Shown here: positions 27,023-36,257 of the stretch, piece by piece
Numbering within the stretch: the stretch's first letter is position 1
How the letters are laid out: the number at the start of each line of letters is the position of its first letter
Assembly: GCA_017614315.1 (NCBI GenBank)
Contig: JAGACA010000007.1
Location: 68,433-132,432 of the forward strand
From: Clostridia bacterium
Lineage (GTDB): Bacteria; Bacillota; Clostridia; Christensenellales; CAG-138
Length of the DNA: 64,000 bases
Reading direction: 5' to 3'
The notes under the pieces: generated by a model
The model's input: the letters and a program-made list of their open reading frames with translations, nothing else
Told to the model about the DNA's origin: nothing
Database searches by the model: none
Translations under genes and position numbers: made by a program

Positions 27023-27051
27023 ATTGTACTATGAAAGCAATGTCATTGCAA
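27023..27051 (-). promoter_or_regulatory. Promoter of WYL regulator 2 with embedded 13-bp palindrome
   Basis: On the minus strand: TTGCAA (27046-27051), 17 nt spacer, TACAAT (27023-27028). The perfect dyad GCAATGACATTGC (27037-27049) overlaps the -35 and the spacer. Confidence 0.55.
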
Positions 27052-27144
27052 GAGTTGACGTGGACAGATTTGTCACTCTAATAGCACGATTGTGAAGTTC
27101 TGCAATTGATTATTCACATGTATTCGCATTTTTATTTGGGACAT

Positions 27145-27188
27145 ATCAAAAAAGCGGCTCCGCCACTCTTAAGATGAGTATTGGAGCC
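27145..27188 (-). terminator. Possible terminator after the sortase gene
   Basis: Imperfect hairpin GGCTCC...GGAGCC (27156-27188), followed on the minus strand by GCTTTTTTGAT. Confidence 0.4.
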
Positions 27189-27210
27189 AAAAGAAAAAAT
27201 CGTGAAACGT

Positions 27211-27927
27211 TTAATCTGCTATTACGGCTATCAAAACATACTTCTGCGGAGCATGCCCCGTATAGTAGAACGGATAGCAAGTAGTCAGCATTAGGTGCTG
27301 TCCGGAGATAAATGGTACTCGCAGTTCCTCATCGGGATTAAGTATCCTTATTGATTCCACGGTATAATTGAGTATTGTTCCATCTGCAAGCGTGACGGTG
27401 ATAGTATCGCCGAAATCAATGTCCTTGAGCACCTGAAGGTGATTCCTGTTCCTATGCCCATAGATGACGCAGACTCCTTCTTCTCCGGGATATGCAGAGG
27501 TTTCGAGCCAGCCCGGCGTCTTATCAAGCGTCTCGTTGTCTACTCCAACTGAAACGGGGACATTTACACCAAGTATGGTGAGAGTGAAAGTCTGACCGTA
27601 CACAGGAGAAGTATGCGGAGCAGATGTCGGTTTCGGAGTTGTTCTGATATCGGGCGGATTGGTAACGACCGGACAGGGAACTGAGGACGTTGGGTCAGGC
27701 GAACCCGTTTCCCATGGGTCGAATGTATTGATAGGGGTTTCGGTATGAGCCGGGTCCGTAACAGTGGTCGTCTCAAGTGGCATGTCGGTTGAGATTGTTT
27801 CCGTAGGATCAGGAGCCGAATGATTGACTGGCTTGTTATCCCTCCCGGCAAGATAAGCAATTGAGAAGATGAGCGCGATCAGCGCAATGAGTGCTATTAA
27901 AAGCACAATGAATTTCTTGTTTTTCAT
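27211..27927 (-). CDS. Sortase-family transpeptidase
   Basis: Start re-set to the ATG at 27927 (MKNKKFIVLLIALIALIALIF signal anchor). Catalytic-type motifs VIYGHRN and LMLTTCYPF. Confidence 0.8.
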   Translation of the reverse strand: MKNKKFIVLLIALIALIALIFSIAYLAGRDNKPVNHSAPDPTETISTDMPLETTTVTDPAHTETPINTFDPWETGSPDPTSSVPCPVVTNPPDIRTTPKPTSAPHTSPVYGQTFTLTILGVNVPVSVGVDNETLDKTPGWLETSAYPGEEGVCVIYGHRNRNHLQVLKDIDFGDTITVTLADGTILNYTVESIRILNPDEELRVPFISGQHLMLTTCYPFYYTGHAPQKYVLIAVIAD

Positions 27928-27985
27928 ATATATCCTTTCGATAATAGAATAAGTGCCCACCGGGATCGCCGATGGGCGCCTAGTG

Positions 27986-29890
27986 TTATGAATACGGTCT
28001 TGCGAACATGAAAAGGGGATAAGTGTCGGACGTCCAGAGACTTCGGATGACGACCCTTCCTTTGGAGCTTGATGCCTCAATTACCATGCCGAGACCGATG
28101 TAGATCCCCGTGTGGTGGATCTCGTTCCAGCGTCCGCATCCGGAGCATTCGGTATTCTGCCAGTAGACGAGATCTCCGGGCTGAAGCTCGCTCTGCTCCA
28201 CTGTCAGACCGCGGCTGTAGCTGTAGTATGCCTGATCTGCGGCACAGCCCCAGAAGCGGTCTCCAAGATCGGTATCGACCTGGTTTATCGCCCAGCAGAC
28301 TAAGCCTGAGCAGTCAAACTTGTCATCGCCCCTTGCACCGCGTACATACGGCGCCCCGAGCTTTGAAATAGCCGCTCTTGCTACATCTCCGCCTATTCCG
28401 GAGGGAAGGACAGCAAGGATATCGTCGACGTTGGCTCCACCGCTTACGTTTATGCCCAAGAGCCTTGCATAGTAGGAACAGTATTCGGGTCTCATCATTT
28501 CATAGAGGATCTCACGCTGATAGTCGGAGAACCCGAAGTGCTCGGCAGCTTCCTTGTAGTTCATGGAATGCTGGTGGACGTACACGGTCAGAACCCACAT
28601 TTCTTCATCCTCATCGTATTTCCCGTCTGTTGAGAGCTCATACCAGTTCATCTCATAGAAGATCTGCCTGATATAGTCTATCGAGATATCGGTGAGTTCG
28701 ATAACATTCATGGCTTCATCCGGATCAGTGCTGCAGTAGACGGCGAAGACGGCAATGACGTCATTCCAATTGTTTTCCGGGGCGTCTCCGTCTCCGTCGC
28801 CTACATAGCTGACCATAAGCGCGTCATACTCTCCGATATCAACTGCGCAAGCATCATTCTCCATGCGTTGATGATATTCCGAACTGATCTCCGCTACGAT
28901 CTCGCTCATTGGTTTGCACCCGGTCATATCCTCGTGAGCGAAGATACCGAAAGCGGAGCACACAAGAAGAGCGACGACGCAGATGACGGCAATAACAATG
29001 ACCGATACCCAGCCGCCTTCTATAATGAGGGCGAACAGTTCCTTTACGGCCTCGACGATGGCCTTCGCAGCTGCAGCTATCGCTTTTGCAACGACCTGCA
29101 CGATCCTGACGGTGGCCTGAGCTGCCGCCCTGGCCGCCTCGGCTGCGCGCTCCGCTGCAACCTTAGCCGCTTCAGCAGCTTTTTCGGCTGCCTTAGCCGT
29201 TTCCTTTGCGGCAGTGGAAGCGGCTTTAGTCGAAACTTTTGCCGACTGCTCAGCCGTTTTCACTGTACGGGTTGCGCCCTTCGCCGTTCTTTCCGGAGCT
29301 TTCCTTACGGTTGCAGAAGTGTTTTTCGAAGCAAGCTTGGGTGTAGCATGCGTGTGACTTGCCTTGACAGGAGTCCTTACTTCGGAATAAGCAGGCTTTG
29401 TATGAACCTGTTCACTTGAATTGACAGTTCTGCTTTCAGTGCTCCTGCTGCTCTTTTGCTTCCGGGCATCTGAACGGAGCTCGTTCCTTCGATGTTTTTG
29501 CTTCCGTGAGGAGCTCCGCTCTTTTTGAGACTTATGCTTTTTCTTGGAGCTGTTTTCGCCTTTCTGCTCATACTCCTTTTCCAGCTTCTCTTCGAGCTTT
29601 TTCTCAGCCTTGTCGATCCGCTTCTCGATTTGTTCGCGGGTTTTCTGTTCAATCTTTCTTCCGGCTTTTCGAACGGTCTTCTGCGTCGCTTCAACGCCGT
29701 CGTGTGCGATTTCCGAGAGCTCCGCTTCCGCATACTCGGCGGGAGAATCGTACTGATCGTTGTCGATATCCGCTTTGGACTTAGCCCGTGTATAGGCCTT
29801 TTTTGCGCTTTGGCCTATATCACGGGCTTTATCCATAACCTTCGGAGTGTTGTTGCGAGGCTTGGTTTTAACGTCTTTCACCGTAATCAC
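27986..29890 (-). CDS. Conjugation-associated cell-wall hydrolase (NlpC/P60 C-terminal domain)
   Basis: 634 aa. Lys/Ala-rich N-terminus, a TM segment, and a C-terminal FDCSGLVCWAINQ ... HHTGIYIG (Cys/His of NlpC/P60). Confidence 0.8.
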   Translation of the reverse strand: MITVKDVKTKPRNNTPKVMDKARDIGQSAKKAYTRAKSKADIDNDQYDSPAEYAEAELSEIAHDGVEATQKTVRKAGRKIEQKTREQIEKRIDKAEKKLEEKLEKEYEQKGENSSKKKHKSQKERSSSRKQKHRRNELRSDARKQKSSRSTESRTVNSSEQVHTKPAYSEVRTPVKASHTHATPKLASKNTSATVRKAPERTAKGATRTVKTAEQSAKVSTKAASTAAKETAKAAEKAAEAAKVAAERAAEAARAAAQATVRIVQVVAKAIAAAAKAIVEAVKELFALIIEGGWVSVIVIAVICVVALLVCSAFGIFAHEDMTGCKPMSEIVAEISSEYHQRMENDACAVDIGEYDALMVSYVGDGDGDAPENNWNDVIAVFAVYCSTDPDEAMNVIELTDISIDYIRQIFYEMNWYELSTDGKYDEDEEMWVLTVYVHQHSMNYKEAAEHFGFSDYQREILYEMMRPEYCSYYARLLGINVSGGANVDDILAVLPSGIGGDVARAAISKLGAPYVRGARGDDKFDCSGLVCWAINQVDTDLGDRFWGCAADQAYYSYSRGLTVEQSELQPGDLVYWQNTECSGCGRWNEIHHTGIYIGLGMVIEASSSKGRVVIRSLWTSDTYPLFMFARPYS

Positions 29891-29893
29891 TCC

Positions 29894-32260
29894 TTACGCC
29901 GTCAGCATCTCGCGCGGTTTCGTCGTCATCAGCTTATAGAGCTCGCTGTCATGCGGGAACTTGTCTTCAAATGGGACTATGCTGCCTGCGCATAGAAGAA
30001 GACCCTTACCCGCTTCGGCATTGCTTACGTAGGAGAGCTGCGTATCGGAAATGCCAAGAAGGTCAGAAAGCTCCTGCCTGTCGGTAGCAGCCTGGTTGAG
30101 CAGGGTTATGAACTCACTATTCGCGAGCATCGTTCTTGCGTTATCGGATTTGAGAAGCTCCTCGACGTTCTGAGAAATGCCCGTATAGCAGGCACCGCAC
30201 TTGCGTGCACGCTTCCACTGTTCGAGAAGGAAGTTGGAACTGTACTCGCTGGAGAAGAGCAGATAGATCTCGTCGATGAAGACGAAGGTCATTCGTCCCT
30301 GTTTCCTGTTGCGGAGTATGCGGTTATAGATGGAGTCGAGAACGACGAGCATACCGACGGAACGCAGATGAGGTCCCAGATCGTGAATGTCATAGCAGAT
30401 GTACGGGTTATCCGTTGCGACGTTTGTCTGATACGCGAAGGTGTTGAGCGAACCGTCCGCGAACAGCTCGACCGCAAGGGCAAGTTCCTTGGCTTCGGGT
30501 TCAGGCTGCGCGAGCAGTATCTTGTGGAAGTCCTTTAGCGTGGGAGGAGTACCTGTGAAGTTGCTCTTCAGGTATTCGCGGTACGCAATTGTCGTACACC
30601 TGTCAATGATGGTCTTTTCCTTCGTCCCGATATGACCTGCTCCCATGAGCTGCTCGCAAAGCGAGAACATGAATTCCGCTTTGAGTTTCAGCGGGTTATC
30701 CGAATCGGAGTAATTGGCGTCCATATCCATGGCGTTGATATGCGTCTTGGAATCCGCAGCTATGCGGATGACCTCTCCGCCGAGTGCGCGGATAAGCTGT
30801 CCGTATTCGCTTTCAGGATCCATAACGATAACGTCCGCAAGTCCCATGAGTATGAGCCAAATGATCTCTTTCTTGGCAAAGAAGGATTTACCCGAGCCGG
30901 AAGTACCGAGATAGAAACCGTTGCCATTCAGGAGAGCCTCGCGGTTCACGAATATCAGATTGCGGCTTATAGCATTCTGACCGCAATAGAAGCCGTCATC
31001 ATGGCTGATCTCCTGGGCGGAGAAGGGCATGAGGACAGCAGTGCTCTCAGTCGTGAGCGTCCTTATCGCGTTGATCTTGCGAAGGCCGTATGGGAGAACG
31101 GTGATCAGTCCCTGAAGCTGCTGAAAGGTCAGTTTCTCAAAGTCGCAGAGATGCTTCCTTCCAACTGCCAGAAAAGCTTCGGTATCCGCATCGAGCTGTT
31201 CAAGGGTATCTGCCATATGCACGGCGGTAACTGTCACGAACATCATACGCTGGTCCCGGTTTAACAGATCGTTCAGATACTCGGTCGATTCCTTTCTTTG
31301 CTGTTCGAGAGGGTAAGGAATAACCGCAGTGAAGTTGTTATTCCTGCTCTGCTTCTGATTCCACTTCGTGATATCGCTCTCAGTGCCGAGGAGCTTTCTT
31401 TCAACTTCCTTGACGGCCTCTTCTGTCGGAACGGGTATGATGTCTATGGAGAACATCATATTGCGCTGCATCTCGCAAATTTCCCGAACCATACTATCCC
31501 GGAGGAAGGATGGATACTCCTTAAGGAAGAGCACTCTCGCGTATCTGTCCCCGATCCTGATATAGTCGCGTTCGATGCTCATGGACGATGGAGCGATAGC
31601 ATCGATGAAGGAATGTCCCTTCCTTGCCGAAAGGTCGAAGTCGAAACAATAATCCTCCTCTTCGCCTGAGCGGAAGAAGTCGTGGAAGATGCGCAGGCGC
31701 TCATATGCGTCGAGCTCGGTCATCCTCGATGACAGCGCTGCAAACCTTGATGCGATCTCTGCTGCTACGCGGTTAAAGAATACACGAGCCTCCTCGATAT
31801 TGCGTTTTACGACCGAGATGGTAACGTACTTCTCCTGGAGGATCGCACTTCCCTGAGTAGCGGCTTCCTTAAGCCGGTTATTGAAATCGATACGGAACCG
31901 GTCGTTCGCGTCGCCCGTTAGCTTCATGAGATGAGCGGAGAAATTACGGTACGAGACGGTGCGGTTGTTGTTTGTGATCTTTGTGACAGCGCCGACTTCG
32001 AGGGAGTTGAGCAGATCTCCGTACTTGAGAAACATGTTAAGCTGCGCTGCTTCAGATGCGACAGAGTAGTTGATATCCGTGAATTTGAAGGTCCGGGAGT
32101 ACTTGTTGCCGACAAGAAAAGTCCCGTCTTTCCAGATCCTCTTTATCGGTATCGTATCCTGTACTCTTCGCGGGACCCGGAAGTTGTCCCTGTCCTGGCG
32201 CAATATGTTCTTCAGCGTTTTAATCACATTCCAGCACCTCCCCGATATGAGTTCCCTCAA
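29894..32260 (-). CDS. virB4: VirB4-type T4SS ATPase
   Basis: 788 aa. Walker A GTSGSGKSFFAKKE and Walker B FVFIDEIY. The true start is possibly the GTG at 32227 (GGAGG upstream), overlapping the PrgI stop. Confidence 0.9.
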   Translation of the reverse strand: MRELISGRCWNVIKTLKNILRQDRDNFRVPRRVQDTIPIKRIWKDGTFLVGNKYSRTFKFTDINYSVASEAAQLNMFLKYGDLLNSLEVGAVTKITNNNRTVSYRNFSAHLMKLTGDANDRFRIDFNNRLKEAATQGSAILQEKYVTISVVKRNIEEARVFFNRVAAEIASRFAALSSRMTELDAYERLRIFHDFFRSGEEEDYCFDFDLSARKGHSFIDAIAPSSMSIERDYIRIGDRYARVLFLKEYPSFLRDSMVREICEMQRNMMFSIDIIPVPTEEAVKEVERKLLGTESDITKWNQKQSRNNNFTAVIPYPLEQQRKESTEYLNDLLNRDQRMMFVTVTAVHMADTLEQLDADTEAFLAVGRKHLCDFEKLTFQQLQGLITVLPYGLRKINAIRTLTTESTAVLMPFSAQEISHDDGFYCGQNAISRNLIFVNREALLNGNGFYLGTSGSGKSFFAKKEIIWLILMGLADVIVMDPESEYGQLIRALGGEVIRIAADSKTHINAMDMDANYSDSDNPLKLKAEFMFSLCEQLMGAGHIGTKEKTIIDRCTTIAYREYLKSNFTGTPPTLKDFHKILLAQPEPEAKELALAVELFADGSLNTFAYQTNVATDNPYICYDIHDLGPHLRSVGMLVVLDSIYNRILRNRKQGRMTFVFIDEIYLLFSSEYSSNFLLEQWKRARKCGACYTGISQNVEELLKSDNARTMLANSEFITLLNQAATDRQELSDLLGISDTQLSYVSNAEAGKGLLLCAGSIVPFEDKFPHDSELYKLMTTKPREMLTA

Positions 32261-32570
32261 GCGCCTTTGCGTATGTATTTTCAGGCATGTATATGAGCTC
32301 CTTTGGCGTCATCATCTGCTTAAGATACGCAACAGCAAACTGCTCTGCCGTCATGCCATGGTACTTGACGTAACCGAGCGCGGCGAACGGGAACGCAGCA
32401 AGCACGCAAACCCAGCTCACGGTCTCAGCACCCAAGGGCTTTCTGAGGGTGAAATACACGCCGACAGCAACTGTTACGGCTGCGACAGAAAAAATGAACT
32501 GCCTTGCCGACAGTCCCATGATGATGGACTCCTGATAGTCCCTGATCTCTTTATTGATTTTTATCTCCAA
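32220..32570 (-). CDS. PrgI/TcpE-like small membrane protein
   Basis: 116 aa, two TM helices, positioned directly upstream of VirB4 as in Firmicutes T4SS loci. Confidence 0.6.
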   Translation of the reverse strand: MEIKINKEIRDYQESIIMGLSARQFIFSVAAVTVAVGVYFTLRKPLGAETVSWVCVLAAFPFAALGYVKYHGMTAEQFAVAYLKQMMTPKELIYMPENTYAKALEGTHIGEVLECD

Positions 32571-32650
32571 ATATTAGTCTCCTTTCCAATCGACATCCTC
32601 AACACCTTCCCATACATGATGTATAATCAGTGCAAAGGAAGGTGATAGAG

Positions 32651-32953
32651 ATGAAGTACATTTTTATAGCTGGTTTGATAGGATGGCTCATCGGCATGAG
32701 AATAAAGAATGTCAAGCTTGCAATTCTCGGCATTCCCACACTCTACGGGCTTGTGATCGGTCTTTTTTTCTCCCGCTGGACGGAGCAGAATCACGCTCTC
32801 GCATACGGGATAGCATACGTGCTGTACTCCCTCGTCGTGCTTGTCTGGCTGATCGGCCTTATCCGACTTCTTTTGGACAAAGCATATGAGAGCAGGCTGG
32901 AACGCGAAGAGGAACTTCGCGTTGTTGAAGCCCTGAAGCAAATGCAGCCATAA
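32651..32953 (+). CDS. Small 3-TM membrane protein on the opposite strand inside the T4SS operon
   Basis: Start at the ATG at 32651 (GGAAGGTGA upstream). MKYIFIAGLIGWLIG... contains three hydrophobic helices. A TATAAT lies about 25 nt upstream. Confidence 0.5.
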   Translation: MKYIFIAGLIGWLIGMRIKNVKLAILGIPTLYGLVIGLFFSRWTEQNHALAYGIAYVLYSLVVLVWLIGLIRLLLDKAYESRLEREEELRVVEALKQMQP

Positions 32954-33104
32954 AAGCAGTTGAATGTTCAGGCAAATAGCGCTATAATAATCGATGGAGC
33001 TGAGCGAGAGTCATTCTCCCTGGGTGTTTCCAGCGTGGGTGATTTTAGGACCTCAGCTTCTTTTTTTTGAATCCGAATTAAGGAGCGCTAAGACGGCGCT
33101 CCTT

Positions 33105-33944
33105 TTACATGCCAATCATCTCATGAATCAACCTGTCGCTCATCCTAACGGCACCGACAAGTACGAGCATATTGATTATCAATTCAAGCAGATATGACCA
33201 TACCGCCGATACCGCAGACGCGCCTTCATCGACAGCCGGTGCGGATTCCGCGAATACCGAATAGATGATACACGCCAGGATAATGATTGCGCCTTGCAGG
33301 CACACTCCTGCGTAGCTCTTCAGGAACTGCCTTCCGACCTGCGCCGTGCCTTCTCCCGCGAAAGAGCTCATAGGTATCGGCGCGATAGCCGTGTACATAT
33401 AGAGCTTGAAGAAGCGGGAGTATACCGTAAGGAGCAGGACGCAGCTGAGTACTGCAATGAGCAGAGCTCCTATCAGCGATACGAGCCACAGCGGAATGCT
33501 TTCAAAGAAACCGCAGGATTCGATCTTCATGATGACCGAATCGGGGAGACCGACCTCGCCGGTGATGATAGATCCGGCTGACTCGGAGACCTGGACCATT
33601 ATGCCCTGCACGATCTTAAAGATCGCGTTCATCAGTTCCATACTGTACGTCACGACCATCTTGGCGATCGCGAATCTCAGGAAGAGCTTGAGAGCCTGTT
33701 CCGGCCTCTTGATCTCGGAGAAGTTCGTAGTCGTTCTTGCGACTCCTATCACGAAGAACAGAACGAGAAGGCCATATGCTATTCCCTTGATGCCCTCATG
33801 AATGTTCAGCATTATCTCCCAGATGGTTCCGCCCTTGAAGTCGGCGGGAGAGGTGGTAAGCAAGTCCCATATCAGCCGCAGGAAATAGCTCCATGTGCCG
33901 AGCGCCTTTTGCAGTATCTCGACGATCCAGTTACTTGATCCCAT
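33105..33944 (-). CDS. VirB6/TrbL-like polytopic membrane protein
   Basis: 279 aa, multiple TM helices, position between Maff2 and PrgI/VirB4. Confidence 0.65.
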   Translation of the reverse strand: MGSSNWIVEILQKALGTWSYFLRLIWDLLTTSPADFKGGTIWEIMLNIHEGIKGIAYGLLVLFFVIGVARTTTNFSEIKRPEQALKLFLRFAIAKMVVTYSMELMNAIFKIVQGIMVQVSESAGSIITGEVGLPDSVIMKIESCGFFESIPLWLVSLIGALLIAVLSCVLLLTVYSRFFKLYMYTAIAPIPMSSFAGEGTAQVGRQFLKSYAGVCLQGAIIILACIIYSVFAESAPAVDEGASAVSAVWSYLLELIINMLVLVGAVRMSDRLIHEMIGM

Positions 33945-34006
33945 GTGCCGTCACCTCCTTATCAGGGATCGCGGCGGCAGTTACGCCGCCGCTGATACTT
34001 GTCCCA

Positions 34007-34312
34007 TCAGCCGGTGATGAGGGTAAGTATCTCCTTGGTAAAGGTGATGACTATGCCGCCCGCGATGGTCAGCATACCGTTCGCACGGGCGGAAGGATCG
34101 TGTGACTTGAATGAAATGCCGAGCTGCAGCACGCCGAAGCCGAGAAGGATGATACCGACGGCACGGATGAGCCCGAAGATAAAGTCGCTCAGGTTGTTTA
34201 CCACCTGTATGGGATCATCACCATCCGCAAGCGCGGCAGTCGCCAGAGAGAGTACGAGCACCACCGCGCAGAAGATCGCGTAGATCCTTTTAGTTTTCTT
34301 GTTCAAATGCAT
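34007..34312 (-). CDS. Maff2-family small membrane protein (pilin-like)
   Basis: 101 aa. Signal/TM region, then DPIQVVNNLSDFIFGLIRAVGIILLGFGVLQLG, typical of Maff2 proteins of Clostridia ICEs. Confidence 0.65.
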   Translation of the reverse strand: MHLNKKTKRIYAIFCAVVLVLSLATAALADGDDPIQVVNNLSDFIFGLIRAVGIILLGFGVLQLGISFKSHDPSARANGMLTIAGGIVITFTKEILTLITG

Positions 34313-36053
34313 TATTGATTTGTTCCTCCTGTAGAATAGGTTTTTGTTCTTTCACGCCGATGCTTATCTCCCCGTTGAATTCTTCTTCGGTGAGCATTGC
34401 CAGGGCATGGTCGTATTTGGGATAGCCTCCCGAAGCGATCATGGGATATGCGGGATGACGCTCCAGGGGGTACTTCTCATCCTTAACGGGATGAAAGCCG
34501 CGAATAAAAACAAGTGCGTAGCGGTTATCCAGCATACGCACTTCGTCGGGCGTCAGCAGCTCGCGTCCCGTAAGTTGCTGATTGGTCGAGTATGATCCCG
34601 ACTTGCCCTTGGTTTGGCCGTGGGTCTTTGTCCAGATGGTCTCCTTGCCGAGGTTCTTTGATATGTACTCATGAGTGCTCTGCTCATTTCCTCCGAGATA
34701 CACGAGCGAATCGCAGTTGCCGGTGATGGTCTCCCAAGCCCCGTCCTTATACAGCCCCTTCAACTGAGCGAGGTTCTGAACGATTATCGTTGCCGACATG
34801 TTCCTTGAACGCATGGTCGCGAGGGATTTATCAAACTCTTCGGGAAGAGATACGTTAGCAAACTCATCGAGGACGAACCTGACATGAACGGGCAGCGCGC
34901 CTTGATACTTGTGGTCGGCTATGTAGTAGAGCTCCTGTATGATCTGTGTATAGAGCATACCGACAAGGTATGAGAGGGAGGTATCGTTATCGGGAATGAC
35001 CGCGAATATAGCGGTCTTCTTTTCTCCCAGACTGCCGAAGTCCATATTATCGGTATTGGTGATCCTCTGCAGCTGCTTCATATTGAAAGCGGCAAGCCTT
35101 ACGGCGAGCGATATGTTTATGCTCTTTGCCGTCTTGCCCGCAGCCTGCTTATACACCGCGTACTGCTTTGCCGCTATATGTCCGGGGCTGTTGTAGCTCA
35201 ATTGCTGAAACAAAAGATCCAACGGGGATATGTGCGCCGAATCCTCTTCTCGCACGTCGGCGTATGAGATCATCTTCATTATCATACCGAAGTTCTGCTC
35301 CTCGGGAGGAGCCTCGTACATCAGATAAAACATCAACGCTTCCAGCAAGGCAGTTTCAGCTTTCTCCCAGAAGGGGTCGGAGTTGCCCGCCGTCTTCGGC
35401 GTGGTGTTTCGTATGAGATTCGTTATTAGCTTCAACACGTCCTTGTCATCCCTCAGATACCGAAACGGATTGTATCCGTCAGAGGCATTGAAATCGACAA
35501 GGTTGAACACGTGCACGTCATACCCGTGCTCCTTGAGAAAGTAGCCGGTATTGGCAAGTATCTCGCCCTTCGGGTCGGTGATAACGTAGCTGCAGTTCGC
35601 TTCCAGAATATTCGGGAGAGCAACGAACCTCGTTTTACCCGCGCCGGAGCCGCCGAGAACGAACACGTTAAGGTTTCGCCTGTGCTTATGCGTGTCCATC
35701 CCCAAGCGTATCTCCTTTGAGAGCGGGAAGTTCGTTTTCTGCTTCAGCTCCTTGTTGAGTTCCTGCGGAGTGCCCCATTTGGCCGAGCCGTGCTCCTCGC
35801 CGTCACGGGTATTACCGCGGCTTCCGAGATAGAGGAGTATGCCGAATGCGTACAGCCCGATGAAGACCAGTATGCATTTCAAGCTGTTTTCGCACCAAAC
35901 GATGTGAAGCGGAGACTTTATCGCCTCTGTCAGCCGCTTCATTACGTCGACTATGTTTCCCCCAAGACACGGGGCCGTGAGCAGCGCGAGCCATACAACC
36001 GGTATGAGCAGAGCGACGGCATAGATCCATCGCTCCTGCTTTTTATCGTTCAT
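34290..36053 (-). CDS. virD4: VirD4/TraG-type coupling protein
   Basis: 587 aa. Two N-terminal TM helices, Walker A VLGGSGAGKTRF and Walker B FVLDEFAN. Confidence 0.9.
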   Translation of the reverse strand: MNDKKQERWIYAVALLIPVVWLALLTAPCLGGNIVDVMKRLTEAIKSPLHIVWCENSLKCILVFIGLYAFGILLYLGSRGNTRDGEEHGSAKWGTPQELNKELKQKTNFPLSKEIRLGMDTHKHRRNLNVFVLGGSGAGKTRFVALPNILEANCSYVITDPKGEILANTGYFLKEHGYDVHVFNLVDFNASDGYNPFRYLRDDKDVLKLITNLIRNTTPKTAGNSDPFWEKAETALLEALMFYLMYEAPPEEQNFGMIMKMISYADVREEDSAHISPLDLLFQQLSYNSPGHIAAKQYAVYKQAAGKTAKSINISLAVRLAAFNMKQLQRITNTDNMDFGSLGEKKTAIFAVIPDNDTSLSYLVGMLYTQIIQELYYIADHKYQGALPVHVRFVLDEFANVSLPEEFDKSLATMRSRNMSATIIVQNLAQLKGLYKDGAWETITGNCDSLVYLGGNEQSTHEYISKNLGKETIWTKTHGQTKGKSGSYSTNQQLTGRELLTPDEVRMLDNRYALVFIRGFHPVKDEKYPLERHPAYPMIASGGYPKYDHALAMLTEEEFNGEISIGVKEQKPILQEEQINNAFEQEN

Positions 36054-36216
36054 ATCCGAGCTTCTGCACGGGTCGCAGTGCCTGAAGCTGCGCTATGAGC
36101 GCATCCAGCTTTTCAGCCAGTATCTCGTCCACCGCGGACGAGTAACGCATGTTGATGAGTGCGTTCTGTACGGTCGTTTTCTCATCCTGCGTCATTTTGA
36201 GCTTGTATTCTGCCAT
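36043..36216 (-). CDS. Small hypothetical protein (57 aa)
   Basis: Start re-set to the ATG at 36216 (AAAGGAGA upstream). Helical, no recognisable motif. Confidence 0.4.
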   Translation of the reverse strand: MAEYKLKMTQDEKTTVQNALINMRYSSAVDEILAEKLDALIAQLQALRPVQKLGYER

Positions 36217-36257
36217 GAGCTTATCTCCTTTCATAGATTGTTAATGCAGAATTCACA

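Noticed and set aside
27860-27905. Short periodic DNA repeat (GCGCGATCAGCGCAATGAGTGCTAT...) near the sortase 5' end as a possible tandem repeat or CRISPR-like feature
   Set aside because: It encodes the LIALIALIALI membrane anchor of the sortase. No spacer-repeat architecture is present, and no CRISPR array was seen anywhere in the window.
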